Of a stretch of DNA of 64,000 bases, positions 1 through 9,503 are shown piece after piece. Every line of letters begins with the position of its first letter. Within the stretch, counting starts at the first letter, position 1. The stretch lies in the IMG/VR virus record IMGVR_UViG_3300006310_000001. One strand, written 5' to 3'. The DNA comes from a virus. Made by a program: the position numbers and the translations under genes. The notes beneath the pieces were generated by a model. The model made no database searches, was not told where the DNA came from, and saw only the letters and a list, made by a program, of their open reading frames with translations.

Positions 1-133
1 CTTTTTTTTGAGATTCTAATGTTTCAACTTTCGCTGTTTTTAATTTCATCATTATTTGGTCTTCAGGTGTAGTAAAATTACTAATCTTATTCTTCTCTAA
101 TATCTTCAAAACTTCTTTTTTACTATGTGCCAT
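1..133 (-). CDS. Hypothetical protein, 5' part only (MAHSKKEVLKILEKNKISNF...), runs off the window start
   Basis: Hand-translated; not in the ORF track. ATG at 133 overlaps the TAA of the upstream ORF (TAATG coupling); open to position 1. Confidence 0.6.
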   Translation of the reverse strand, partial: MAHSKKEVLKILEKNKISNFTTPEDQIMMKLKTAKVETLESQKK

Positions 134-291
134 TAAAGTATCTTTAATAAAATTATTGTTTGCATAACTAACAAAATAACTGGAAGTATAGTTCTAATTA
201 ATTCCATTGTATGGTTATGTCTATCTAAAAATCTTTCTAATTTATTTCTTTTGTTTTGTTTCTTCATATATTCGCTATAAAAATCGTTCAT
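133..291 (-). CDS. 52-aa hypothetical protein with a C-terminal hydrophobic segment (MNDFYSEYMKK...LIRTILPVILLVMQTIILLKIL)
   Basis: Hand-translated; AAAGGA Shine-Dalgarno just upstream of the ATG; the stop overlaps the next ATG. Confidence 0.65.
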   Translation of the reverse strand: MNDFYSEYMKKQNKRNKLERFLDRHNHTMELIRTILPVILLVMQTIILLKIL

Positions 292-303
292 AGTTCCTTT
301 CAA

Positions 304-349
304 GTGTAGTTTATGAAGCGGAGCACTACCTCCGCTTCAGGACTTACAC
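304..349. terminator. GC-rich stem-loop downstream of the cobS-like gene (terminator or processing/stabilising hairpin)
   Basis: Perfect 10-bp inverted repeat TGAAGCGGAG (314-323) / CTCCGCTTCA (330-339) with a 6-nt loop and outer GTGTA/TACAC pairing; no clear U-tract. Confidence 0.5.
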
Positions 350-364
350 TATGATTGAGAGTTT

Positions 365-1612
365 TTAAATATGAGCTGATGTATCATTGTCTGATTCAGC
401 AGCGTCATCTTTTGAGTCACTCTCTTCCTCTTTCACTTGGTCAGCTACTTCTTGTTTTCTTTGGTCTTCAGCAATTGTTTCTGCTGTAGCACCTCCGTCA
501 ACTTTAGAATATAACTCTACAAATGAATTCTTTGTATCTTCATCAAATCTATTAGTACATACTTCAATAGCTTTTATCTTATCTTTAAAGATAGTAAATG
601 CTTGAACTATGTGGACTAATCTTCTTGTTGAGATAATCTCATCTACGCCTCCGTCAAAGAAAGTTTTTCTTATAACGTCTGCCCAAGTGACTAACTTTTT
701 ACAGAAGTCTTTATCTTTTTTTCCACTTCTTTCAAGAGTTTTAATTAAGATTTTTTCTTCAATCTTAACACTTGGATATTTCTGTTCAAATGTAATCGGA
801 AATCTTTCTAAAAATGCTTCGTTAAGCACGTTAGTTCCGATAAATTTTCCGTCTTCACTACCTTGTCCTTTAGTATTAGCAGTAGCAATCACGTTGAATC
901 CGTCGGCAGGTTTCACGAATTTATTAATCTTCTTAACAAAGATTCCAGAACCTTCAAGAATTGGTTGTAAACACATTATCTTATTACTTGCAAGGTCTAT
1001 CTCATCAAGTAAAAGAATTGCGCCTCTTTCCATTGCTTCTATAACAGGTCCATTTTGCCATACGGTTTGTCCTTCTCTTAATCTATAACCGCCGAGCAAA
1101 TCATCCTCGTCTGTTTCTATTGTTACATTGACTCTAATCATTTCACGTCTGTTTTCGGCACAAGCTTGGGTAACTCCCATAGTCTTACCGTTTCCTGAAA
1201 GTCCTGTAATAAAAACAGGATAAAACATTCTGGATTTGACGATTGATTTTAAGTCAGGATAACTACCAAATGATACGAATACTGAATCCTTTTTAGGTAC
1301 AATATCGCCAGTCAAAGAAGAAACTATATAAGCTGCTTCACTTACTTTATTCTCTTTAACGGTTTCAGTTTTAGAAACTTTTGTTTCTTCAACTTTATCA
1401 TCTATGTTTGGTAATCTAAATAATCCCCTATCAACTTTTAGGTTCTTATTTTTTGTTAACCATTGCGGTTCGTACTTATGTCCAAATTCTTTATTGGCAA
1501 GTACTAAATCAGCAAGTGTTAATTCAACTTTGTTTGGAAACAACTTCTTAGCGTGTTTAACAAAGTCTATTTGTTTCTGATTTAACATAGTGTTTTCACG
1601 TCCTTTCATCAT
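365..1612 (-). CDS. cobS: CobS-like MoxR-family AAA+ ATPase
   Basis: Walker A GLSGNGKT, Walker B LLLDEID, ATANTKG and AFLERF motifs, ISTRRL C-terminus. The real start may be the ATG at 1588 (AAAGGA upstream). Confidence 0.85.
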   Translation of the reverse strand: MMKGRENTMLNQKQIDFVKHAKKLFPNKVELTLADLVLANKEFGHKYEPQWLTKNKNLKVDRGLFRLPNIDDKVEETKVSKTETVKENKVSEAAYIVSSLTGDIVPKKDSVFVSFGSYPDLKSIVKSRMFYPVFITGLSGNGKTMGVTQACAENRREMIRVNVTIETDEDDLLGGYRLREGQTVWQNGPVIEAMERGAILLLDEIDLASNKIMCLQPILEGSGIFVKKINKFVKPADGFNVIATANTKGQGSEDGKFIGTNVLNEAFLERFPITFEQKYPSVKIEEKILIKTLERSGKKDKDFCKKLVTWADVIRKTFFDGGVDEIISTRRLVHIVQAFTIFKDKIKAIEVCTNRFDEDTKNSFVELYSKVDGGATAETIAEDQRKQEVADQVKEEESDSKDDAAESDNDTSAHI

Positions 1613-1626
1613 TATATTATAAGTAT

Positions 1627-1655
1627 ATTATACAGGACTTTTTTAGAAAAGTCAA
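1627..1655 (-). promoter_or_regulatory. Sigma70-type early promoter of the cobS-like gene
   Basis: TTGACT-17 bp-TATAAT with TG before the -10; contains the inverted repeat GACTTTT-N4-AAAAGTC. Confidence 0.85.
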
Positions 1656-1695
1656 TATACAAAATACCCTTATTTTTCAATGTTTTTTTCATTGT

Positions 1696-4014
1696 TTATG
1701 CGACCTCCGCTATAAATTTGTTTAAAACTACTCTTGAAACTAGTCGATTCTTCATACTCTTACCGAAGATTCTTTTTAGTTCAGCACCAGTTCCTTTTTT
1801 AACTGTTGCGTCTTGTAGGTTAAAATTCTGTACTTTCAATTTCTTGCCGTTTAGTAAGAAATACTTATCATATCCACTTTGGTATACTATAGCAGCGTTA
1901 TCAGTTCTAAAACTTTTTTGTATTTTAAGTCTTAATTTTTCTTTATGTTCATAATCTTTATAATCACTTCCGATAAATCTATCTAGTTCCCAACGTCTAA
2001 TTCTTTTTATAATATAGAAACCGACTATTGTAGGATTGTGGTCTGATTTTATCATACTTAATAATGTATCGGTCATAGCACTACCGTACCAACCGTCTGT
2101 TAAAATTATCTTTTTATTCTTATGTGTAATAACTACTTTAGATTCATAATCAATACTTCTTTTTATATAATTTTGTTTCTTTGCTTTTGCGTCTTTAATT
2201 TCATACTCATCAATTGCTCTAGTAGGTTTATCTGGTATAGGTATTATCTGATTGTGTCTGAAACTGTTTCCGCCTCCGTCAGTTAAAGTAATAAAAGTAA
2301 GTTTTTCAACTTTATATTTCTTTTGAAATTCTGGTATTATATTATTACATACTATCAATGCTTCATTTAAAGGTGTATTTCCTAAATAATATTTGTCTGG
2401 TATATGATAGTTACTTCCTTTTGGATATTCTGGATCACTCCAATTTCTTGACCATCTTTGGTCATAATCTTTTGCCATATGATACATATATAATAGTGCT
2501 TCTTCAAATTCATTTTTTTTCATTCTATGACTTAAACAATTCACTAATTTAAATTCATCAAAACAAAAATCACCGTACTTATAATTCCAATATTGTTTAT
2601 CTCTTTCATCTGAATCTCTTTCACTTGTAAAAAAGTATACTTCAAATGGTATATTAACTTTTCTTGTAAATTCTACTAGGTTAATTAATTGAGCAACAGT
2701 ATCAGCAATACAATCACTCATACTTCCTGACCAATCTAATAACATTATCATACCGTGGTTCTTACCGTCAGGTATAATAGTCATTCTTTTAAATATGTCT
2801 TCACTAAATTTGTAATTTCTTAATTTTAAAGGATCAATAACTCCTGTTTTATCAGTATTTGCTCTTTTATAAGCAGACGCTGCTTTTTTCATTTCAAATT
2901 CTTTAACAAGATACATAACTGTCTTCTTGTTTTCAGTTCTAAATTTTTTAAACTTATCTAAAATCCATCTTTTATATTCAAGTGTACTTTCTGGATTAGA
3001 TTGTACTTGGTCACTTATATGTTTTCTGAAATCATTTAAAAAAGTTTTATATGATACTAAACATTGGTTAAGATTTGGTTTTGGTAATGTTCCGTATACA
3101 TAAGAAGTCTTTTTATCTAACAACGATTCTTTTTTCTGTTCAAAGAAATCATTTGTAATAGCTTTTAATTTTTTAGGTTTAGGGTCTCCGTCAGCACCTT
3201 TGGCGTGTTGTGTTGCTGTTTTAGCGTTTTCTTTTTCTTTATCTTTTAAATCTTTGTCTGTTGCTTTTTCTTCTGAATCTCTTTTATCATTTTTTTCATC
3301 TTGTACATCTGGATTATCAGCACTTTCAGAATTTTGGTCTTGTTCTTTTTTATCTTGTGGATCAGTTGCGTCTTCATCTGATAATTCATAATTTTTAATT
3401 AATGGGTGGTCATCAAAATCTGGTAATTTCTTCATTTGTTCAACTTGTTTTTTCTGCCAATTTAACATATCTTTAGCAACTCTAACAACGTCTGTAAATG
3501 ATTTAATTGAATCAACTTTATCTAACCAATTGTTTGCTTTATCATCAAATATAAATGGTAATCTATTACTTGATTTACTTCTTAAATTAATCTTATCAAT
3601 TAACATAAGTTCTTTATTTAAATCTTTATCTTTCATACCAAAGAAGTTTTGTTTTTCTAATATATCAAAACCGTTGATATAATTTCTAACAACTCCTGGG
3701 TATTTCTTTTGAATTTTTTTATCTATTCTAGTATCTTCTAAAACATTAACGTAAGTTCTTAACTCATCATCATCTTGAATTTTTTTCCAACCGTTTTGTG
3801 GAGTAAATAATGCGTGGGCACATTCGTGAGCAATTAACATATCATAAACATCACCGTGTGATTCTTTAAATATAGGGAGAGTTAACACACGAGTCTTTGT
3901 ATTAAAAGACGCTGTTGAAACGTTGTTGTGTTGTATGATTATATTTTCTGTTGCAAGTAATTTAGCTAACTGACTTTTTGTATCTAAATTTATTGTTGTA
4001 GTGCCTTTTTTCAT
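1696..4014 (-). CDS. CobT-like protein: N-terminal HExxH metallopeptidase-like domain, acidic linker, C-terminal VWA domain
   Basis: AHECAH, VNVLEDTRID, MIDAS-like LLDWSGSM, GNTPLNEAL, FITLTDG; adjacent to the CobS-like ATPase. Confidence 0.75.
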   Translation of the reverse strand: MKKGTTTINLDTKSQLAKLLATENIIIQHNNVSTASFNTKTRVLTLPIFKESHGDVYDMLIAHECAHALFTPQNGWKKIQDDDELRTYVNVLEDTRIDKKIQKKYPGVVRNYINGFDILEKQNFFGMKDKDLNKELMLIDKINLRSKSSNRLPFIFDDKANNWLDKVDSIKSFTDVVRVAKDMLNWQKKQVEQMKKLPDFDDHPLIKNYELSDEDATDPQDKKEQDQNSESADNPDVQDEKNDKRDSEEKATDKDLKDKEKENAKTATQHAKGADGDPKPKKLKAITNDFFEQKKESLLDKKTSYVYGTLPKPNLNQCLVSYKTFLNDFRKHISDQVQSNPESTLEYKRWILDKFKKFRTENKKTVMYLVKEFEMKKAASAYKRANTDKTGVIDPLKLRNYKFSEDIFKRMTIIPDGKNHGMIMLLDWSGSMSDCIADTVAQLINLVEFTRKVNIPFEVYFFTSERDSDERDKQYWNYKYGDFCFDEFKLVNCLSHRMKKNEFEEALLYMYHMAKDYDQRWSRNWSDPEYPKGSNYHIPDKYYLGNTPLNEALIVCNNIIPEFQKKYKVEKLTFITLTDGGGNSFRHNQIIPIPDKPTRAIDEYEIKDAKAKKQNYIKRSIDYESKVVITHKNKKIILTDGWYGSAMTDTLLSMIKSDHNPTIVGFYIIKRIRRWELDRFIGSDYKDYEHKEKLRLKIQKSFRTDNAAIVYQSGYDKYFLLNGKKLKVQNFNLQDATVKKGTGAELKRIFGKSMKNRLVSRVVLNKFIAEVA

Positions 4015-4025
4015 AGTATGTATAT

Positions 4026-4054
4026 ATCATACAGGAAAAAATCGGGAAAGTCAA
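4026..4054 (-). promoter_or_regulatory. Sigma70-type early promoter of the cobT-like gene
   Basis: TTGACT-17 bp-TATGAT; shares TTGACTTT...CCTGTAT with the promoter at 1627-1655. Confidence 0.8.
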
Positions 4055-4094
4055 GTGTTCATTTCCCCTTATTTTATGCGGCTTCCAGACGATC

Positions 4095-5246
4095 CTATTT
4101 CTTAAATATGAAAATTGGCTCGTATTTTGCACCTGATTCTTGCGAGGATAACTGTAATTTGTACGTATCCGTATGTTCAAATCCTTCTTCTACAGCGATT
4201 CGTACTGTATCATCTTCAAAGGTTTTATGTGATTTAATGTTCGCTACATTTAACCCCATATACTTACCTTTTTTTAATCCTATATATGCATTTTGTATTG
4301 TTGTTCTTAAAAAGCCATTGTTCCACTCTTCATTACCACTATATTGATTAAATGATTGTTCTGCTTCATCACCATATTGTTCCCAATTGAAATAAGGTGG
4401 ACTTGTAAATGCAAAATCTAAAGTGTTTTCTTTTGGAACAAAGGTTTCACTACCACACTTGTTTAAAAAGTAATGTCTATTCTCTCTACCAAAATCTTTC
4501 TTAATTTCTTTTAATCCTTTAAATGTTAATTCAGCTGGATCAGTACCTATATAGTTAATATCTGATATAATTGCACCTAATATACGACCACCATATCCCA
4601 TTGACATATCCCATACCATAGCACCTGGGTGGGCAAAGTGTGAATATAAACACGCCGCTGCTGTAGGTCTAAAATTAGATACACATTGAGTTCCTGTATA
4701 TCTTCTTAATAAAGACCTCATAACACTTTCTGATTTATGTTTTGAAGCAGGAGATATTTCAGTTATTTCACCATATAAATTACTTGCAAGTGGCATTAAA
4801 TCATCTACTGATACTTGACCAAAGAAACTACCTGTTAATAACTTACGTATACCCTTTTTAAAATGCTCTTCGTTAGTGTATATCTCCATAGGAGTTCTCA
4901 TTTTACCACAACGAATACCAAAACTATGTGGCATATATGACCACGCTAAAGATAGACCTGTTTGATTTGGTTTAATAACTTTCTCTTGCGTTAATAACCC
5001 CTTAAAATCTGTTGATTGTAATGTTTTAAATTGTGATTCTCTATACTGTTTATCTGTAGCATAATAAGGAAATCCTCTTTTCATCCAATACTCATAAACT
5101 TTATCAATATTAGATTGTAATTCTTCTTCGTCTTTAACTACACCCTTTAGGTTACCCTTACTAGTAATAAGGTCTTCACCCATTATCTCTACACCAAATG
5201 CTTCTAATGCATTTTTTGTATCAGTTCTATTTGTTAGTTTTTTCAT
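4095..5246 (-). CDS. SAM-dependent amino (N6-A or N4-C) DNA methyltransferase-like protein
   Basis: WDMSMGYGGR SAM-binding-like motif, IGTDP and catalytic FTSPPYF motif. Confidence 0.7.
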   Translation of the reverse strand: MKKLTNRTDTKNALEAFGVEIMGEDLITSKGNLKGVVKDEEELQSNIDKVYEYWMKRGFPYYATDKQYRESQFKTLQSTDFKGLLTQEKVIKPNQTGLSLAWSYMPHSFGIRCGKMRTPMEIYTNEEHFKKGIRKLLTGSFFGQVSVDDLMPLASNLYGEITEISPASKHKSESVMRSLLRRYTGTQCVSNFRPTAAACLYSHFAHPGAMVWDMSMGYGGRILGAIISDINYIGTDPAELTFKGLKEIKKDFGRENRHYFLNKCGSETFVPKENTLDFAFTSPPYFNWEQYGDEAEQSFNQYSGNEEWNNGFLRTTIQNAYIGLKKGKYMGLNVANIKSHKTFEDDTVRIAVEEGFEHTDTYKLQLSSQESGAKYEPIFIFKK

Positions 5247-5805
5247 TTCTTCTTTTTTGGTACGCCAACCACATCTTCTTTGCCTTTTTTTCTGCCATTT
5301 CCAACTTCATTTTACTTGCGTGTTCTGTAAAAGTTCTACCTAACATATGTTCATATTCGTGTTGGAATATTCTACTTATCATACCATCTAATTGTCCTTC
5401 TTTTAAATCACCATTTTCATCTGTATATTTTGCTACACATTTTCTAGGTCTTACTATTGATAAAAATAAAAAAGGATATGTTAAACAACCTTCTTTCATT
5501 AATACTGTTTCCTCACTTGTACTAACTATCATAGGATTAAAACAAGTCATTTTTAAACCATTTTCTAAATTTAAATGGTCACCTAATACAAACATATTAA
5601 ATGGTAACCCTACTTGATTAGCAGATAAACCTATACCACCATATCTTAACATTGTTTTAAACATTAAATCTGATAGTTCTTTTCTATCTTTTAAATCGTG
5701 TTCCTTTAACATATCATCTGTAAAAGGTGCTATTGCTGATTTAACTCTAGGGTCACTAGGTGGTATCAACTGTAAAAATCTTTCTTTCTTTTTCTCTTCT
5801 GGCAT
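5227..5805 (-). CDS. def: Peptide deformylase
   Basis: GIGLSANQVG, EGCLT and QHEYEH motifs. Confidence 0.9.
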   Translation of the reverse strand: MPEEKKKERFLQLIPPSDPRVKSAIAPFTDDMLKEHDLKDRKELSDLMFKTMLRYGGIGLSANQVGLPFNMFVLGDHLNLENGLKMTCFNPMIVSTSEETVLMKEGCLTYPFLFLSIVRPRKCVAKYTDENGDLKEGQLDGMISRIFQHEYEHMLGRTFTEHASKMKLEMAEKKAKKMWLAYQKRRNEKTNK

Positions 5806-7520
5806 TATATCCTATCTAGTACTGAAAAGTTTTGGTCTTTTTTGTACTTAATTATATTTGTAAATTTATCAAATAGTATATCACCTTTATGTGAAATAAT
5901 AAAGACATTTTCGTTTGATAATTTCTGTACTATTTTAAAGAAATCATCTGTTCCAGCAAGGTCTAAACTTGAATCAAATATCTCATCTAGTATTAATAGA
6001 TTTGTATTAGTAGAGTTTTTAAGTTTAGCTATATCTCTCCAAGTAAATAACAATGCTAAATCTATTCTCATCTTTTCACCTTCACTAAAGTTATTATAAT
6101 TAAATGTATCTCTAAATCTACTCTTTACTGTTTCATTAAACTCTTCATCTAAATGAAACGATACATAAAATTCCATTGCTTGTAAATATTTATTAATCAA
6201 TTGGTTCATTATAGGTATGTACTTCTTAATGATTTGTGCCTTGGCACCTTTGTCATTTAATACTTGTCTTAATACATCTTGATACTTTTTATCTTCAACA
6301 ATCTTATCTAATTCTATTTTACAATGTCTTAATTGGTCTTTCATTTCATTTAATTGTTTTCTAATATTTGCTATATCTTCATCCTTATTTTTAAATACTT
6401 TTAAATCTTCTTCTATGCTATCACTATGAGTTTTTAAACTATCTAATGACGTTTCTACTTTTGATAAATCAACATTTAAACTATAAATCTTATCTGCTAC
6501 TTTATCGTATTCAGTTATTTTTTCACCCATACTTACAAGTTCTTTTAATAACTTTTCCATACCATCTTGTAATGTATTAATCTTACTCTTCTCTTCATCA
6601 CATTTTTGATGTTTAAATTCTGGAGATAATGGTTGTGTACAGGTTGGACATACATCATTTTCTTCAAAAAATTTTAAAGAGTTCTTATGTCTTTCTAAAT
6701 TCTGTTCAATCTTCGCTTCTATTTTATTTAATTTTGTATTCTTGTTATCAACATCAACTCTATCTTTTACACTCTCTTTAGCTGAATCTATCTCTTTATT
6801 AATCGTAACCATCTTACTCTCATATTCTAGTCTATCCTTGGTGTTCTGCTCAACCACCCTATTTCTATGCGTTTGGACGTCTATATCCTTGTGGAGAAGG
6901 GTGTCCAAGTACTTTGCTTCAGTCTGATACTTGGTTTCTATAAGTTCACATTGATGTCTTACTTCTGTTATTTTGTTCTGTAAATCTCTTTGTTGACCAC
7001 TCAATATAGTATCCATTCTACTAAATGCTCTTATGTCTAAAATCTCTTCAACGACCTCTCTTCTAAAACTTGCTCTCATTTTCATAAATGGCATATAAGA
7101 AGAAGACCCTAATAATACTACTTGACAAAATGACCTATAGTTACACCTCATAATATTTGCTTCAAGATACTTTTGATAATCAATTGCGCTTGCGTCTTGA
7201 CTCATTAATTGTCCATCACAATGTATTTCAAAGAAGTTTGGTTTAACTCCTCTCTTAACAACGTACTCTTTAGGTCCTACATTAAATTCTAATTCAACCT
7301 CACAACCACCATTGTTAATAGTGTTCACCATCTGGTCTTTTTTAATAATACGAAATGGTCTATTAAATAAAGCAAAACATAATGCGTCTAACAAAGTAGA
7401 TTTACCACTTCCATTAGAACCTATAACTAATGTTAGTTGAGATTTATTTAAATCAATAACAATTGGAACATTGCCTGTTGATAAAAAATTCTTATAAGAT
7501 ATTCGCTTAAACTTTATCAT
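5805..7520 (-). CDS. gp46: Recombination endonuclease ATPase subunit (Rad50/SbcC-like)
   Basis: YKNFLSTGN, GSNGSGKST, CPTC zinc hook, FSEGEKMRIDLA signature, LILDEIFD. Confidence 0.95.
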   Translation of the reverse strand: MIKFKRISYKNFLSTGNVPIVIDLNKSQLTLVIGSNGSGKSTLLDALCFALFNRPFRIIKKDQMVNTINNGGCEVELEFNVGPKEYVVKRGVKPNFFEIHCDGQLMSQDASAIDYQKYLEANIMRCNYRSFCQVVLLGSSSYMPFMKMRASFRREVVEEILDIRAFSRMDTILSGQQRDLQNKITEVRHQCELIETKYQTEAKYLDTLLHKDIDVQTHRNRVVEQNTKDRLEYESKMVTINKEIDSAKESVKDRVDVDNKNTKLNKIEAKIEQNLERHKNSLKFFEENDVCPTCTQPLSPEFKHQKCDEEKSKINTLQDGMEKLLKELVSMGEKITEYDKVADKIYSLNVDLSKVETSLDSLKTHSDSIEEDLKVFKNKDEDIANIRKQLNEMKDQLRHCKIELDKIVEDKKYQDVLRQVLNDKGAKAQIIKKYIPIMNQLINKYLQAMEFYVSFHLDEEFNETVKSRFRDTFNYNNFSEGEKMRIDLALLFTWRDIAKLKNSTNTNLLILDEIFDSSLDLAGTDDFFKIVQKLSNENVFIISHKGDILFDKFTNIIKYKKDQNFSVLDRI

Positions 7521-7539
7521 AATATAAAACTTAAATGTT

Positions 7540-8448
7540 TTATTGCGGTTTCAAATTCTTTCCTAATCCAACATAAGGGTGGAACCCTGGAGATAATATT
7601 TTTGATTTTTGGTTTGGAGGATTCATAAAACAATTACCTGATACACTTATTCTTTCTCCTGGTGTTCTATAAGGAAATACTTCGTGTCTTAATTGAGCAG
7701 GAAATATCCACATATAACCTGCTTCAGGTAAATATTTGTATGTGTGTTCTGCCCATTTTGGTTGAGAGTTTTCCCCATAATGAAATCCTATAACTCCTGG
7801 ACCAAGACCAGTTCCTTGAAATGCTTTTCTTTCTGCTTCTAGGTCTGGTACTTTTAAATACATAACCCAAGTGAATTGTCCACCGTGTGTATGGCTAGGA
7901 TTCATTTCGGTTTCTTTCATAAAATTAATCCACAAATCCATTAATGTAAATGATTTTGAAAACTGACTTTCATCATATGGTTGTCCAATAAATGCACAAG
8001 CACCTTCAACATATGAGTCCATATATGGTTGAAATTTTTGTATAAACCAATTTTTATCTTCATCACTATAAGTTCTTTGGTCACCTAATAGACCTGCTAA
8101 TTTTTTATTACTTGAACCTGGTGTACTGTCTTTACCTCTTTTTAAAAGTCCTTTAAAAAAATCATCATCTATTTTCATATAAGCACAATATGGTCCAAAA
8201 TTTAAATGTCCTAATACTTGTGCTTGTTCTTGATTATCAGGATTATTCATCTGTGCCTCAACTTTTTGTTGAAATTCTTCCCTTAATTTTTTTTCTTTTT
8301 GTTCTGTTTCTTCATCTCTTTTTTGTTTTACTTCTTCACCCTCTGGTTCGCCAATTACCCAATTGTGTTCCCTTGATTTTTCTTCTTTTAATCTTTCAAA
8401 CTCTTTTGCCTTTTGTTCTTTTTCTTTTTCTCTACTCTTTATACTCAT
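7540..8448 (-). CDS. 2OG-Fe(II) oxygenase-like protein with a charged N-terminal extension
   Basis: NPSHTH...WVMYLKVP...IFPAQLRHEVFP...RISVSGN double-stranded beta-helix pattern. Confidence 0.7.
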   Translation of the reverse strand: MSIKSREKEKEQKAKEFERLKEEKSREHNWVIGEPEGEEVKQKRDEETEQKEKKLREEFQQKVEAQMNNPDNQEQAQVLGHLNFGPYCAYMKIDDDFFKGLLKRGKDSTPGSSNKKLAGLLGDQRTYSDEDKNWFIQKFQPYMDSYVEGACAFIGQPYDESQFSKSFTLMDLWINFMKETEMNPSHTHGGQFTWVMYLKVPDLEAERKAFQGTGLGPGVIGFHYGENSQPKWAEHTYKYLPEAGYMWIFPAQLRHEVFPYRTPGERISVSGNCFMNPPNQKSKILSPGFHPYVGLGKNLKPQ

Positions 8449-9503
8449 TGATTTACCTCACTATATAGTTCTTTAGTATAATCTTTCAATTTACTTTTGT
8501 CAAGGTCTGTATCAAGTTGGTCTATATACTTGCCCAAAAATGTAAGTGTATCTTCACCTTGTTCTATTAAATCTTCTTTTACACTAGCAGTTACATCACT
8601 AGTATCCTCAAATATATTTAGTTCGTGTATATTTAATGTACTATACAACCTATTGATAAACTTATCATACATATCTTCATCTGTTTTTTGAGATATAAAC
8701 AGTTTAATATAACTGTTATCAAATCTTGATATGTTTAACGTATTATAATCGTGTTGTGTATCATCATACACTATCTTTTTAAAGATTCTTATTGGGTTAG
8801 GTATTCTAGTTAACTCTCTAGTGTCTGTATCAAATATATGAAACCCTTTAGGGTCTTTATAATCGTTCCAAGTAATTTCATATTGTGTACCTAAATAATA
8901 TATCCGACCATCATCTGATTTCTTATGAAAGTGTCCTGATATAACTTTTTCAAATCTATGAAACATTGATTTATCTAACCCTTGTTCGTTCATAAATCCT
9001 CTATTCATTTCAAACCCTTTAATTTCTAAATGCCCCATACATATTTCCGCATTTGAATTTTCAATAGCATATAAAGAATCTTCATACGTATCATCACATA
9101 TCCAAGGCATAAACAAAATCTTTAAACCATCTAGGGTTACTTCTTTTGGTTTTGCATATATCCAAGGTTCATTTTGACCATCATAAGTTGTACATAATTC
9201 AGTAATTGCATTTACATTATTTGTATTCTTATAATAAGTATCGTGATTACCTAATATAATATGTGTATCTACTTTTTCTTTCCAAAGTCTTTTCATAAAC
9301 TTTTGGCGAAAGAAATTAGCCGTCTTATAGTTTATAAATTTACGTCTATCAACTACGTCACCTAAATGTACTAACGTTGTGATGTTGTGTTCTTTTATAT
9401 ATGGAAAAAACACTTCATTATAAAACCGTTCTTGATACTGTACAAAATGAGGACTATCATTCCGACAACCAAAGTGTGTATCGTTTAGTAGGGCAATCTT
9501 CAC
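8445..9503 (-). CDS. gp47: Recombination endonuclease nuclease subunit (Mre11/SbcD-like)
   Basis: DTHFG, HLGDVVD, GNHD and GHFH phosphoesterase motifs; GTG start overlaps the upstream stop. Confidence 0.95.
   Translation of the reverse strand: MKIALLNDTHFGCRNDSPHFVQYQERFYNEVFFPYIKEHNITTLVHLGDVVDRRKFINYKTANFFRQKFMKRLWKEKVDTHIILGNHDTYYKNTNNVNAITELCTTYDGQNEPWIYAKPKEVTLDGLKILFMPWICDDTYEDSLYAIENSNAEICMGHLEIKGFEMNRGFMNEQGLDKSMFHRFEKVISGHFHKKSDDGRIYYLGTQYEITWNDYKDPKGFHIFDTDTRELTRIPNPIRIFKKIVYDDTQHDYNTLNISRFDNSYIKLFISQKTDEDMYDKFINRLYSTLNIHELNIFEDTSDVTASVKEDLIEQGEDTLTFLGKYIDQLDTDLDKSKLKDYTKELYSEVNQ

Noticed and set aside
365-4014. Reading cobS/cobT as cobalamin biosynthesis
   Set aside because: There is no CobN or other cob gene in the window, and the HExxH domain is not part of cobaltochelatase; a generic MoxR-VWA pair fits better.
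3962-4180. 72-aa minus-strand ORF bridging the methyltransferase and cobT-like genes
   Set aside because: It overlaps both neighbours out of frame and spans the cobT promoter; no SD.
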